NCBI GenBank assembly: GCA_963771075.1
Contig: CAVYSE010000019.1
Coordinates: 1 to 64,000, forward strand
Source of the DNA: a candidate division FCPU426 bacterium
Lineage (GTDB): Bacteria > Oederibacteriota > Muellerivitia > Muellerivitales > Muellerivitaceae
Length of the DNA: 64,000 bases
Direction: 5' to 3'
The position numbers were made by a program, and so were the translations under genes. The notes beneath the pieces were generated by a model. That model was not told the origin of the DNA. It ran no database searches and saw nothing but the letters and a program-made list of their open reading frames with translations. This document shows positions 1 to 7,872 of this stretch, piece after piece. The first letter of the stretch is position 1, and every line of letters starts with the position of its first letter.

Positions 1-33
1 AAACAGCTGCTCTACCAACTGAGCTACCCCAGC
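1..33 (-). tRNA. tRNA 5' half (runs off the window edge), probably tRNA-Thr
   Basis: Reverse complement reads GCTGGGG TA GCTC AGTTGGTA GAGC A GCTGT TT: acceptor 5' strand, D arm and anticodon stem 5' strand. The anticodon is outside the window, so the isotype is inferred from resemblance to bacterial tRNA-Thr. Confidence 0.85.
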
Positions 34-64
34 GTCGAACTTACTAGGTGAGACGCAAGATTTA

Positions 65-259
65 GGAGTACCCATATTAATATAAAAATGGGTGCCCCAG
101 CACCGAGACAACGGAGGGCCTTATTGGCCCGTTCTGCACCAAACCCACAAGGCGAGGTGCAAGATTTGACAGGTTCCGTTCCAAGGGAACGGACCAAGTC
201 GAGGTGCGCGTTTTGGGTGTCCCAAATTCAAAAGAAATTTGGGGCCCTGGCACCGAGAC
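65..259. ncRNA. Candidate structured non-coding element / tRNA leader of unknown family
   Basis: Several hairpins (GGGCC-ttatt-GGCCC, TGCACC..GGTGCA, TCCGTTCC-aag-GGAACGGA, CCCAAATT..AATTTGGG). GCACCGAGAC occurs twice (100-109, 250-259) and each copy is complementary, with a GA/GA mismatch, to GTCGAGGTGC (198-207). Confidence 0.4.
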
Positions 260-294
260 CATCTGCAAAATCCATTCTACTTCAATTGGTTGGA

Positions 295-324
295 AGTTTA
301 CCTACCCTTCCCCCTTCCCGTCAA
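295..324 (-). promoter_or_regulatory. Sigma70-type promoter pointing at the structured leader and tRNA
   Basis: TTGACG (324-319), 18 nt spacer, TAAACT (300-295) on the minus strand. Confidence 0.55.
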
Positions 325-389
325 CAAGGCCAAAAGACAAAAAAAATCCCCAGGTTCACGCAAACCAGGGGATTTTCAACCAACTCGAA

Positions 390-1472
390 TTATTTCGCCG
401 CGACGTTATTCACCGCCACGCTGAAAGTACCCACTGTTTGGGGCTGGATATTGAAAGTCTTGACCATGCTGAAATCCTTCGGGGCGCCCTTGACCGCGTC
501 CGGCGGGGTGTAATAGGGGTCCAGGTTAAAGGAATCCAAGGGAACGGTCACCACTTCCCAGGACCCGCCCTTGGTCGCGGGCGTTTGAGCGACATATTGG
601 TTGTTGTTTTTATCTTTTAAAGCCAGTTCCATCACCACCGATTCCTTGCAGAACACGGACAGGATGATGGATTTGGCGGCGCCGATACTCACGCCCTGCC
701 AGTCCGATCCGCCGGCCCGGCACCACAAACCGCAATAGCCGCCCTGAACCAGGGTGTAATCCATGACCAGGAATTTCTTGGGATCCTGGCCCTTGATCTC
801 CACCTTGAATTTGGAACCGGTGGTATCTTGGAAGGTCCCGTAATCCTTCGCGGGAAGGCTGGAGAAATTCTGGATCAATATGGGTTGGGCCAAACCGGGA
901 CCGGAGGCGGCCGCTGACGCCGCGGGAGCCGCTCCGCCTTCAACCGCTTCGACGGGACCGATGGAGAACACCGTGGAACCGCCCATGTGGGGGGAGAAAT
1001 TCATTCCGGAGACCGAGCTCAAGTCCATGGGATGCCCCTGGATCGCTCCCGGCGGGGTATAGCTGGTATCTTTATGGAAGGAGGCAAAGGGTACGGTGAC
1101 TTCCGCCCAATCCTTGCCGACCTGGAAACTGGCCACATACTGGACATGGAAGGCGTCCAACAAGGTCATCTGGCCCTCACCCGCGACGGTGGACTTGGCC
1201 TTGAACTTCAAGGAACCCTGTTTGGACAGGTCCCCGGAAAGATTGTGCCAGATGCCGCAATAACCGCCCTGAACCAGGGTTGAGGTGATCTGAAGGGCTT
1301 TGTTCCCCGAGGGGCCGTCCACGGCCTCGAATTCGATCTTACTGCCGGTGCTATCCGCGTAGGTCCCGGTGTTCGAGTTGGTCAAGGCCGACCAATCTTC
1401 CACCATGGCCGCGAAAACGCTGTTCGCGCAAAGCGAGAATACCAACATCAATCCACACAATATTTTTTTCAT
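390..1472 (-). CDS. Secreted protein with two tandem CBM11/CIA30-like carbohydrate-binding domains
   Basis: Signal peptide MKKILCGLMLVFSLCANSVFA. Two homologous halves (TLVQGGYCG, QYVA, W..VTVP..SF..D..YTPP) joined by an Ala/Pro linker. No catalytic domain seen. Confidence 0.7.
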   Translation of the reverse strand: MKKILCGLMLVFSLCANSVFAAMVEDWSALTNSNTGTYADSTGSKIEFEAVDGPSGNKALQITSTLVQGGYCGIWHNLSGDLSKQGSLKFKAKSTVAGEGQMTLLDAFHVQYVASFQVGKDWAEVTVPFASFHKDTSYTPPGAIQGHPMDLSSVSGMNFSPHMGGSTVFSIGPVEAVEGGAAPAASAAASGPGLAQPILIQNFSSLPAKDYGTFQDTTGSKFKVEIKGQDPKKFLVMDYTLVQGGYCGLWCRAGGSDWQGVSIGAAKSIILSVFCKESVVMELALKDKNNNQYVAQTPATKGGSWEVVTVPLDSFNLDPYYTPPDAVKGAPKDFSMVKTFNIQPQTVGTFSVAVNNVAAK

Positions 1473-1514
1473 TACCTTTTCCTTAACTTTTTTGAATTAT
1501 GGATAAACTCGGCC

Positions 1515-1697
1515 TCAGGCCATGTCCTCGATGATCCCAAGGCACACCAGTTCCACCACCACCCACACGGTTGAATAAATGATGTAATCCAGAATGCCGT
1601 GCCGTCCCGTTCCCAGAATATAACTGAAGATCGAGAACAGGGCGTAATTGAAAAACCAAAGCACGAAGGCCAAACGGGGCAAACTGAAATTTTTCAT
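1515..1697 (-). CDS. Small membrane protein (60 aa, two hydrophobic helices)
   Basis: ATG at 1697 preceded by AAGGAGAGGGAG; two TM-like segments; directly downstream of ruvA. Confidence 0.55.
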   Translation of the reverse strand: MKNFSLPRLAFVLWFFNYALFSIFSYILGTGRHGILDYIIYSTVWVVVELVCLGIIEDMA

Positions 1698-1727
1698 CGG
1701 AATCTCCCTCTCCTTCCAAATCAACGT

Positions 1728-2336
1728 CTAAGTGGAAGCCACTGATTTTAAACCAGCCCTTAAAAGTTCTTCAACCGTCGATTTCGGCCCCAGCGCCTGC
1801 GACGCCTCCAACACCAAGCGGCGCGACAAGGCGGGGGTGTAACCCAACCCGACTAACGCTTGGACCGCGTCCGAAAGATTCTTCGCCTCCGGTCCCAGGG
1901 GCGAGTCCCCCATGAAAGGGCTTCCACCGGCCAGCTTGGCCACCTTGTCCTTCAGTTCCAAAACCAGGTGCTGCGCGGTTTTGGGCCCGATGCCGGAAAC
2001 CGACCTCAAGGCCGCCAAGTCGTTGTGAAGGATGGCGTCAAAAAAGGCTTCCGGGGAAAGGGCGGAAAGCAGGTTGAGGGAGGCTTTGGGACCCACCCCC
2101 GAGACCGATAGGGCCAAAAGGAAAGCCTGTTTCTCCCCGTCGGTGAAAAAGCCGTACAACTGCTGGATATCTTCTCTTACGTGAAAATAGGTCTTTAAAG
2201 TTACGGACTGGCCCAGCGGGGGGAGGGCTTGGAGGGTGCGTTGCGACACAAAGGCCTCGTAACCCACCCCATTGACGTCCACTTCCACCCGGTCGGTATG
2301 CCGGGAAGCCAGGATGCCCTGCAGAAAGGATATCAT
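1728..2336 (-). CDS. ruvA: Holliday junction branch migration protein RuvA
   Basis: MISFLQG..VDVNGVGYE, REDIQQLYGF, VSGVGPK, GIGPKTAQHLVLELKDK, ALVGLGY motifs. Confidence 0.97.
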   Translation of the reverse strand: MISFLQGILASRHTDRVEVDVNGVGYEAFVSQRTLQALPPLGQSVTLKTYFHVREDIQQLYGFFTDGEKQAFLLALSVSGVGPKASLNLLSALSPEAFFDAILHNDLAALRSVSGIGPKTAQHLVLELKDKVAKLAGGSPFMGDSPLGPEAKNLSDAVQALVGLGYTPALSRRLVLEASQALGPKSTVEELLRAGLKSVAST

Positions 2337-2396
2337 CGCCCTCTCCTTGCCCTTGCCACGAATGCGCGCCCGAGGTGAAAGGGGCCGAAGGGGCCC

Positions 2397-2966
2397 CTAG
2401 TCCTCGAGGAACTTGAGGTGAACGAGAATGTGGAGCAATTCCTCAACCTGGGTGAGCGCCGGGGCTTCCTTGTTTTGGGTGGCCGCGTACCAGAAGGAGA
2501 TCACGTTCGAATCCAGCCACAATCCCTTGGTCTCAAAATCCTCGTCGATGACCAGGGCCTTGTAAAAATGCTCGTCCAGCTCGTTCTCCGACTCGGGGCT
2601 TTTCAAACCCGAGGAGCGGAGCTTGATATGCTCCTTAGCCTGGTTGAAATACTTCTGGTCGTTCTCGTTGAGGTTCTCGAAAACCACCTGGGCCGCCTCC
2701 CGGTCGATGGACTGGAGGAAGTTGTGGTCGATCCAGATCCCCAGGTTCTGGTCGTCCCAGAGGTAATCGTGCCCCTGGTGCTCGAGGATCGTCATGGGCT
2801 CCCCGCTGTCCGGGCTTACCTTCTCCGATTTCCCCTTCACCACGGTATCCTTCAGGAAATCCTCGCTGGTGACGTTGAATTTCTCGTCGACCGGATAGCC
2901 GCACTCGGGGCAGTAACGGGCGCCTTCCGAAATCTTGTTCCGGCAGTTCTTGCACTTGATGGACAT
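2397..2966 (-). CDS. Zinc-ribbon protein with two degenerate zf-TFIIB-like repeats
   Basis: N-terminal CKNC..CPECG ribbon; repeats SPDSGEPM...GIWID and SPESENEL...GLWLD. Confidence 0.7.
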   Translation of the reverse strand: MSIKCKNCRNKISEGARYCPECGYPVDEKFNVTSEDFLKDTVVKGKSEKVSPDSGEPMTILEHQGHDYLWDDQNLGIWIDHNFLQSIDREAAQVVFENLNENDQKYFNQAKEHIKLRSSGLKSPESENELDEHFYKALVIDEDFETKGLWLDSNVISFWYAATQNKEAPALTQVEELLHILVHLKFLED

Positions 2967-2975
2967 GGAATCTCC

Positions 2976-3545
2976 TTATCTTGACGACTGCGCGATACCC
3001 GGCGTTTTCCGGGAAAGCCTCTTCACCATTTCCGAGAGCGGCGTTCCGGCGCTTTGGGCGTGCGTGATGGCAATGGCCAAGGCGTCCGCCGTATCGTCGG
3101 GCCGGGGCGTCTCGGTCAGCCCCAGCAACAGCTTCACCATCTTTTGGACCTGGCCCTTATCGGCCCCGGCCCAGCCCGTCACCGCCTGTTTCACTTCCAT
3201 GGGCCGGTATTCGGCGACTTCCATCCCGGCCAAACCGCAGGCCAAAAGAGCGACCCCCCGGGCCTGACCCACCGCAATGGCGGTCTTGGCGTTGCGGGAA
3301 AAGAAAAGCTCCTCCATCGCGACCACATCGGGCCGGTGCTTTTTGAAGAGGATTTGCAGCCCCTCAAAGATATCTTTTAGACGCCCGGGAATCGGCAACC
3401 CGGCCTTGGTTTCCAGCGTTCCATAGGCCAGCGCCTTGAGCGAGTTGCCCCTTTTCTCGATTACGCCCCATCCCAACCGGGCCAGCCCCGGATCCACCCC
3501 CAACACCCTCAGGGGCTTCGCGGCCCCGGCCGTTTTACCGGTCAA
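2976..3545 (-). CDS. ruvC: Crossover junction endodeoxyribonuclease RuvC
   Basis: LGVDPG, EELFFSRN, QARGV, EVKQAVTG.G.ADK.QV, DDTADALAIA. Probable TTG start overlapping the end of yebC. Confidence 0.96.
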   Translation of the reverse strand: MTGKTAGAAKPLRVLGVDPGLARLGWGVIEKRGNSLKALAYGTLETKAGLPIPGRLKDIFEGLQILFKKHRPDVVAMEELFFSRNAKTAIAVGQARGVALLACGLAGMEVAEYRPMEVKQAVTGWAGADKGQVQKMVKLLLGLTETPRPDDTADALAIAITHAQSAGTPLSEMVKRLSRKTPGIAQSSR

Positions 3546-4284
3546 GCTTGGCCATGATTTCGTCGCTGATCTCGAAGTTCGCGTGGACATTCAGGACGTC
3601 ATCGTGCTCATCCAGGGCGTCGTAAAGCTTCAGGAACTGTTCGGCCCTTTTCTCGTCCAAGGCCACGGTGGTTTTGGGGATCATGGCCAATTCAGCGCTC
3701 TCCAATGGGAGTTTCTGGTCGTCCAAAACCTTCTTGACCGCCTCGTAAGCCGTGGGGGGTGTCAATACCTCGTACACATCGGCCTTGTCCGTCCTCAGGT
3801 CTTCGGCCCCCGCGTCCAGGACCAGCTCCATCAGCTTATCCTCGCCGATCGCCTCTTTCTTGATGACGATCAGGCCCTTTTTGTCGAACAGGAAAGCCAC
3901 CGAGCCGGACTCCCCCATATTCCCCCCATGCTTGGAGAAAACCGATCGGATGTCCGCGGCGGTCCGGTTGCGGTTGTCCGTCACCGCTTCCACCAGGACG
4001 GCAACCCCGGCGGTTCCATAACCCTCGTACATGACCTCTTCCAGGGCCGCGGCCGCTTCCGCGCCAGTCCCCTTATTGATGGCCCGCTTGATGGTATCGG
4101 CGGGCATGCTGACTTCCTTGGCTTTCAATAGGATGGTGCGTAATTTAAGGTTGGTGTCCGGGTCCCCCCCGGATTTGGCGGCCAACTGGATTTCCTTGGA
4201 GAGGCGGGAAAACACCTGTCCCCTTTTTTGATCCAACGCGCCCTTGTATCTTTTAACTTTCGCCCATTTGCTGTGACCACTCAT
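3535..4284 (-). CDS. yebC: YebC/PmpR family protein
   Basis: MSGHSKWAK start, YEGYG, TDNRNRT, GSVAFLFDKKG, DDVLNVHAN; usual position upstream of ruvC. Confidence 0.97.
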   Translation of the reverse strand: MSGHSKWAKVKRYKGALDQKRGQVFSRLSKEIQLAAKSGGDPDTNLKLRTILLKAKEVSMPADTIKRAINKGTGAEAAAALEEVMYEGYGTAGVAVLVEAVTDNRNRTAADIRSVFSKHGGNMGESGSVAFLFDKKGLIVIKKEAIGEDKLMELVLDAGAEDLRTDKADVYEVLTPPTAYEAVKKVLDDQKLPLESAELAMIPKTTVALDEKRAEQFLKLYDALDEHDDVLNVHANFEISDEIMAKLDR

Positions 4285-4329
4285 GTCGGAACCTCGAAGC
4301 TTGTCTCTAGAAAATATTTTCAAAAAACC

Positions 4330-4488
4330 AAAAAAAGAAGGACTTTCAGGCGCCCCGGAGGGCCTCCCGCCGTTGTCGGGGGCAAAAATTTCCAGGCTTT
4401 CCGCCAAAAAAAAGTCCCCTAAAACGACAAAAGGCCGTTTTCTTGAAGACCGACTCAAGAAAACGAACCTTTGGCGAACCGGATTATA
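4330..4488 (-). promoter_or_regulatory. yebC -10 element and structured 5' leader
   Basis: TATAAT at 4488-4483; long hairpin at 4430-4472 (GTTTTCTTGA/TCAAGAAAAC core); GGACTTT/AAAGTCC pairing followed by a U-tract on the minus strand. Confidence 0.4.
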
Positions 4489-4586
4489 ACTGATGGGCGG
4501 AGGCGAAGGCTAGGAAAAATCCGTTAGGTTCCTGGGTGAATACTCCTTTTTTCACACATTTAACCCAGGTTCTTTTAGGAACGGTC

Positions 4587-6308
4587 CTATTGTGCGTCCG
4601 GCAAGGCCGCCGCCAGCAAAAGTACCAGGGGCGCGTTCCAGTTGATGGCCACCTCATTGGAGGAATAGGACCCCTGATCGTCCAGGTAGGACCGGGCGGG
4701 GGGGCCCTTGGCCAAGCGGCGGAGGACGGGATCGCCGGGATATTGGTTGGGCCCTCCCGAAAGCAATCCGGGATAGGGTTCGGCCAAACCTAGGGCCGCG
4801 CTGGGGCGGTGATGGGGGTGCATCACGTGGTGGCTTCCCAGTTGGGTGACGAAACAAAGGGAGAAGGTATTGCGGCCCAGGAGGTAATGCAGGTTGTCCA
4901 GTGCCGTGGAGAGATAGGCGGGTTTCGGCTGGATCCGATTCGCCGCCAAAAGCATCACCCCAAAATTGGCGGCCACGGCGTTGGAGCCCCAGATGTAATT
5001 AGACGACCGAAGGCTCAGGTGGTATCCCACCTGGCGGGAAACACCCACCACCTGGTCGGCGGCCTTCAAGGTTTGTTCTTGAATGTCCTGGATCGTGGCG
5101 CGGTCCGTCCCTTGACGGCGGGAGAAGGCGTAGTCCCAAAGGCCCAGGTTCGAGACCGTTCCCCAGGACTGGGGCCAAAGGTCGGAAACCGGATAGTTCT
5201 TATAGTGCTTCACGAAGTAGGTTCCGTATTCCGCTTGGCCCGTCAGACGGAAAAGTTCCGCCGAGGCCCAGAGGATCTCGTCCCCGCAATCCTCGTCCCC
5301 GTAGCCTCCCGTGGAAACCCCCGACGGGTTGGAAAAGGTCACCTGCGGGTGTTGGACCACCCATTGCCAGGCCTTGACTGAAGCCATCCGGCATTGTTTG
5401 GCGTAATCCGGAAGAAAGGGTTGATAGATGCGCGCGGCCATGGCCATCACGGCCGAGAAATCGCCGGTCGCTCCCGAGCTTTTGTAAGGTTCCTGGCCGG
5501 TGCCTATGATATAGCGCGTTCCCCCATCGTCCTTCTCCGGGGCCACGAACCCGCAAAAGCGCTCTGTCGTGAGCTTATGCCAAACCCCACCATCCTCATC
5601 CTGCATGGTGAGCATCCAATCCAGGTTCCATTTGATCTCATTCAGGATGTCGGGCAGGCCGTTGCCGGACTCGGGCAGATTCAATGGGATGGCGCCGATC
5701 TTTTCCGGGTACCATTCGTAGGCCCAGAGAAGGGTGCCGGTCGAGATGCCGGAGTTCACCACGTATTTCCCAAAATCCCCGGCGTCATGCCAGCCCTTGG
5801 TGGCGTCTTTCTTTCCGGTCTTTCCCGAGGAGGCGTGGAACACCCCGTCCTCCAGGTGGCAGGCCTCGTGATGGTATTGGGGAAAGCGGGGGCCCAAGTC
5901 CACCTTGATTCCACACCGCTGGCCGTAATAGGAACGCATGCAAAGGTAATAGGCGTCGGAATAAACGTCCGGTGCGATCTGAAAAGGGAAACTCTCACCC
6001 ACACCTGGAACTACGAGGGTGAACTTCCCCGTCCTTTGAAGGGTCGAAAAATCCGCTTCCCGCAGGGTATCGCCCGAATCCGGATCGGAAACTGGTTCGC
6101 TCAGCGCACCCTGATAAACGACCTTGCCATCGGATGATTGGAGAACCTGAAAGGTTCCTTCGGCCTTGGGGGAGGAAATGAAAGCGCTTTTGGGTTGGGC
6201 GGGGAGGTATCCGACTTGGTCCAGTTTAATTTCCAAGCTCGGTTCAGCGGAGGCCCTGGCGGTCCACAGCGCCGCCAAGACTAAAAAAACAACCGTAGGC
6301 TTTTTCAA
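4587..6308 (-). CDS. Secreted glycoside hydrolase family 9 (endoglucanase) with N-terminal Ig-like domain
   Basis: Signal peptide; DQVGYLP Ig-like start; GWHDAGDFGKY, HPHHRPS and YSSNEVAINWNA GH9 catalytic motifs. Confidence 0.93.
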   Translation of the reverse strand: MKKPTVVFLVLAALWTARASAEPSLEIKLDQVGYLPAQPKSAFISSPKAEGTFQVLQSSDGKVVYQGALSEPVSDPDSGDTLREADFSTLQRTGKFTLVVPGVGESFPFQIAPDVYSDAYYLCMRSYYGQRCGIKVDLGPRFPQYHHEACHLEDGVFHASSGKTGKKDATKGWHDAGDFGKYVVNSGISTGTLLWAYEWYPEKIGAIPLNLPESGNGLPDILNEIKWNLDWMLTMQDEDGGVWHKLTTERFCGFVAPEKDDGGTRYIIGTGQEPYKSSGATGDFSAVMAMAARIYQPFLPDYAKQCRMASVKAWQWVVQHPQVTFSNPSGVSTGGYGDEDCGDEILWASAELFRLTGQAEYGTYFVKHYKNYPVSDLWPQSWGTVSNLGLWDYAFSRRQGTDRATIQDIQEQTLKAADQVVGVSRQVGYHLSLRSSNYIWGSNAVAANFGVMLLAANRIQPKPAYLSTALDNLHYLLGRNTFSLCFVTQLGSHHVMHPHHRPSAALGLAEPYPGLLSGGPNQYPGDPVLRRLAKGPPARSYLDDQGSYSSNEVAINWNAPLVLLLAAALPDAQ

Positions 6309-6417
6309 GTAACCCTTTTCAGACTAATCACAACCAAGAATGGCCCAGGGCCAACATAGGTTAAACACGGAATGAATTAAAGCAAAATGATAAAAGACAA
6401 AGGGCAATAAATTCATC

Positions 6418-6493
6418 GGTCACGGATGATTAAGGAAGTACTCGGATTTAAAAAAGAAAATTAAAAATCCAATATATCCCATGAATGCTTGGC
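6418..6493. repeat. Highly degenerate inverted GGAT/ATCC tandem-repeat element
   Basis: Left arm CACGGAT..GGAA..CTCGGAT; right arm ATCC..ATCC..ATGC..TGGC; A-rich spacer between. Confidence 0.3.
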
Positions 6494-6547
6494 TCTAATT
6501 TATTTTATGTCTTCCTTCTTTACTCCTGGGTATGAAGGCTTGATTAA

Positions 6548-7783
6548 TTAGGAAGTGACCTTCAAGAAGATCTTGCCCGACCGGATCAGCCCGGTTTCAC
6601 CCGGAACAACCTCAATGGGTTCGTTAAATGAGGCGATCTTCTTTTTTTTCTGCTTGGCATTGACCCATTCCACCGCGCCCTGCTCGATCAGGCGCTTGGC
6701 GTCGCTTTTGGTTTTCGATATCCCCACCAACACCATGAAGTCCGCCGCCTTGTGCGAACCCACGGCCACCTTAACCTCGGGATAATCCACCGTGGCTTTC
6801 AATTCGTGGCGGCTTTCGAAATATTTCCAGGCGTCCTTGGCCTTTTGGCTTCCGTGGAAACGGGCGGTGATTTCCTCCGCCAGTTCCATCTTGGCCTGTT
6901 TGGGGTGGTGTTCCCCCTTCTCCACCTTCGCTTTTTTTGCGGGCCAGGCCGGGTCATTGGATAAAAGCTCGTAATAGCGCCACATGAGCGGATCGGACAC
7001 GCTCATGAGCTTGGAGAACATCTCGTTCGCCGGCTCGGACACTCCCACATAGTTGCCCAGGCTCTTGGACATCTTCTTGACCCCATCCAGGCCTTCCAAG
7101 ATAGGCATGGAAAGGATGACCTCGGGGGATTGGCCCGCCTCTTCCTGCAGGGCCCGGCCCACCAGGCAGTTGAATTTCTGGTCGGTGCCGCACATTTCCA
7201 CGTCGGATTGAAGGACCACCGAGTCGTAACCCTGGATCAGGGGGTAAAGAAGCTCGTGCAAACTGACGGGCTTTTGTTCTTTCATGCGGTTGGTAAAGTC
7301 ATCCCGTTCCAGGATGCGTGCTACGGTGTATTTAGATGCCAGACGTATCACGTCGTCAAAAGCCATGGGCCGGCACCATTCGCTGTTGTAGCGGATTTGA
7401 AGCTTTGCCGGGTCCTTGTCCAAAACCTTGAAGACCTGGTCCAGGTAAGTCTTGGCGTTCGATTCCACTTCCTCACGGGTCAGGGGTTTTCGGGTTGCGG
7501 ATTTGCCCGTGGGATCGCCGATCATGGCGGTAAAGTCCCCGATCAAGAACTGAACCTGGTGGCCCAGGTCCTGGAATTGGCGAAGTTTGCGGAGCACCAC
7601 CGTATGTCCCAAGTGGATGTCCGGGGCCGAAGGGTCCATGCCCAGTTTCACCTTCAAGGGCCTTCCCTCTTGGAAGGACTTTTTGAGTTTGTCCAGCAAC
7701 TCGGCCTTGGAAATGACTTCCGCCGTGGATTGGAGGATTATTTCCAATTGCTCTTCAGGACTGAGGGTGAAGGTTGTTTTCAT
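6548..7783 (-). CDS. tyrS: Tyrosine--tRNA ligase
   Basis: [15 protein letters not shown] (HIGH), [22 protein letters not shown]-terminal S4-like domain. Confidence 0.97.
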   Translation of the reverse strand: MKTTFTLSPEEQLEIILQSTAEVISKAELLDKLKKSFQEGRPLKVKLGMDPSAPDIHLGHTVVLRKLRQFQDLGHQVQFLIGDFTAMIGDPTGKSATRKPLTREEVESNAKTYLDQVFKVLDKDPAKLQIRYNSEWCRPMAFDDVIRLASKYTVARILERDDFTNRMKEQKPVSLHELLYPLIQGYDSVVLQSDVEMCGTDQKFNCLVGRALQEEAGQSPEVILSMPILEGLDGVKKMSKSLGNYVGVSEPANEMFSKLMSVSDPLMWRYYELLSNDPAWPAKKAKVEKGEHHPKQAKMELAEEITARFHGSQKAKDAWKYFESRHELKATVDYPEVKVAVGSHKAADFMVLVGISKTKSDAKRLIEQGAVEWVNAKQKKKKIASFNEPIEVVPGETGLIRSGKIFLKVTS

Positions 7784-7872
7784 GGGCACACATAATAGCA
7801 AACCTTTTATCGGGCTGTTGAAAAGTTCCACCCTTGATATAATGCCGCTCTGCGCCGGGTCTATTCCCAACC

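Noticed and set aside
100..259. GCACCGAGAC direct repeats as a mini CRISPR array
   Set aside because: Only two short copies 150 bp apart, and no cas genes in the window.
88..264. SAM riboswitch, 6S, SRP, tmRNA or tRNA-Sec identity for the structured element
   Set aside because: Only a GGAGGG..TGGCCC fragment resembles SAM-I; the conserved cores of these families are not seen.
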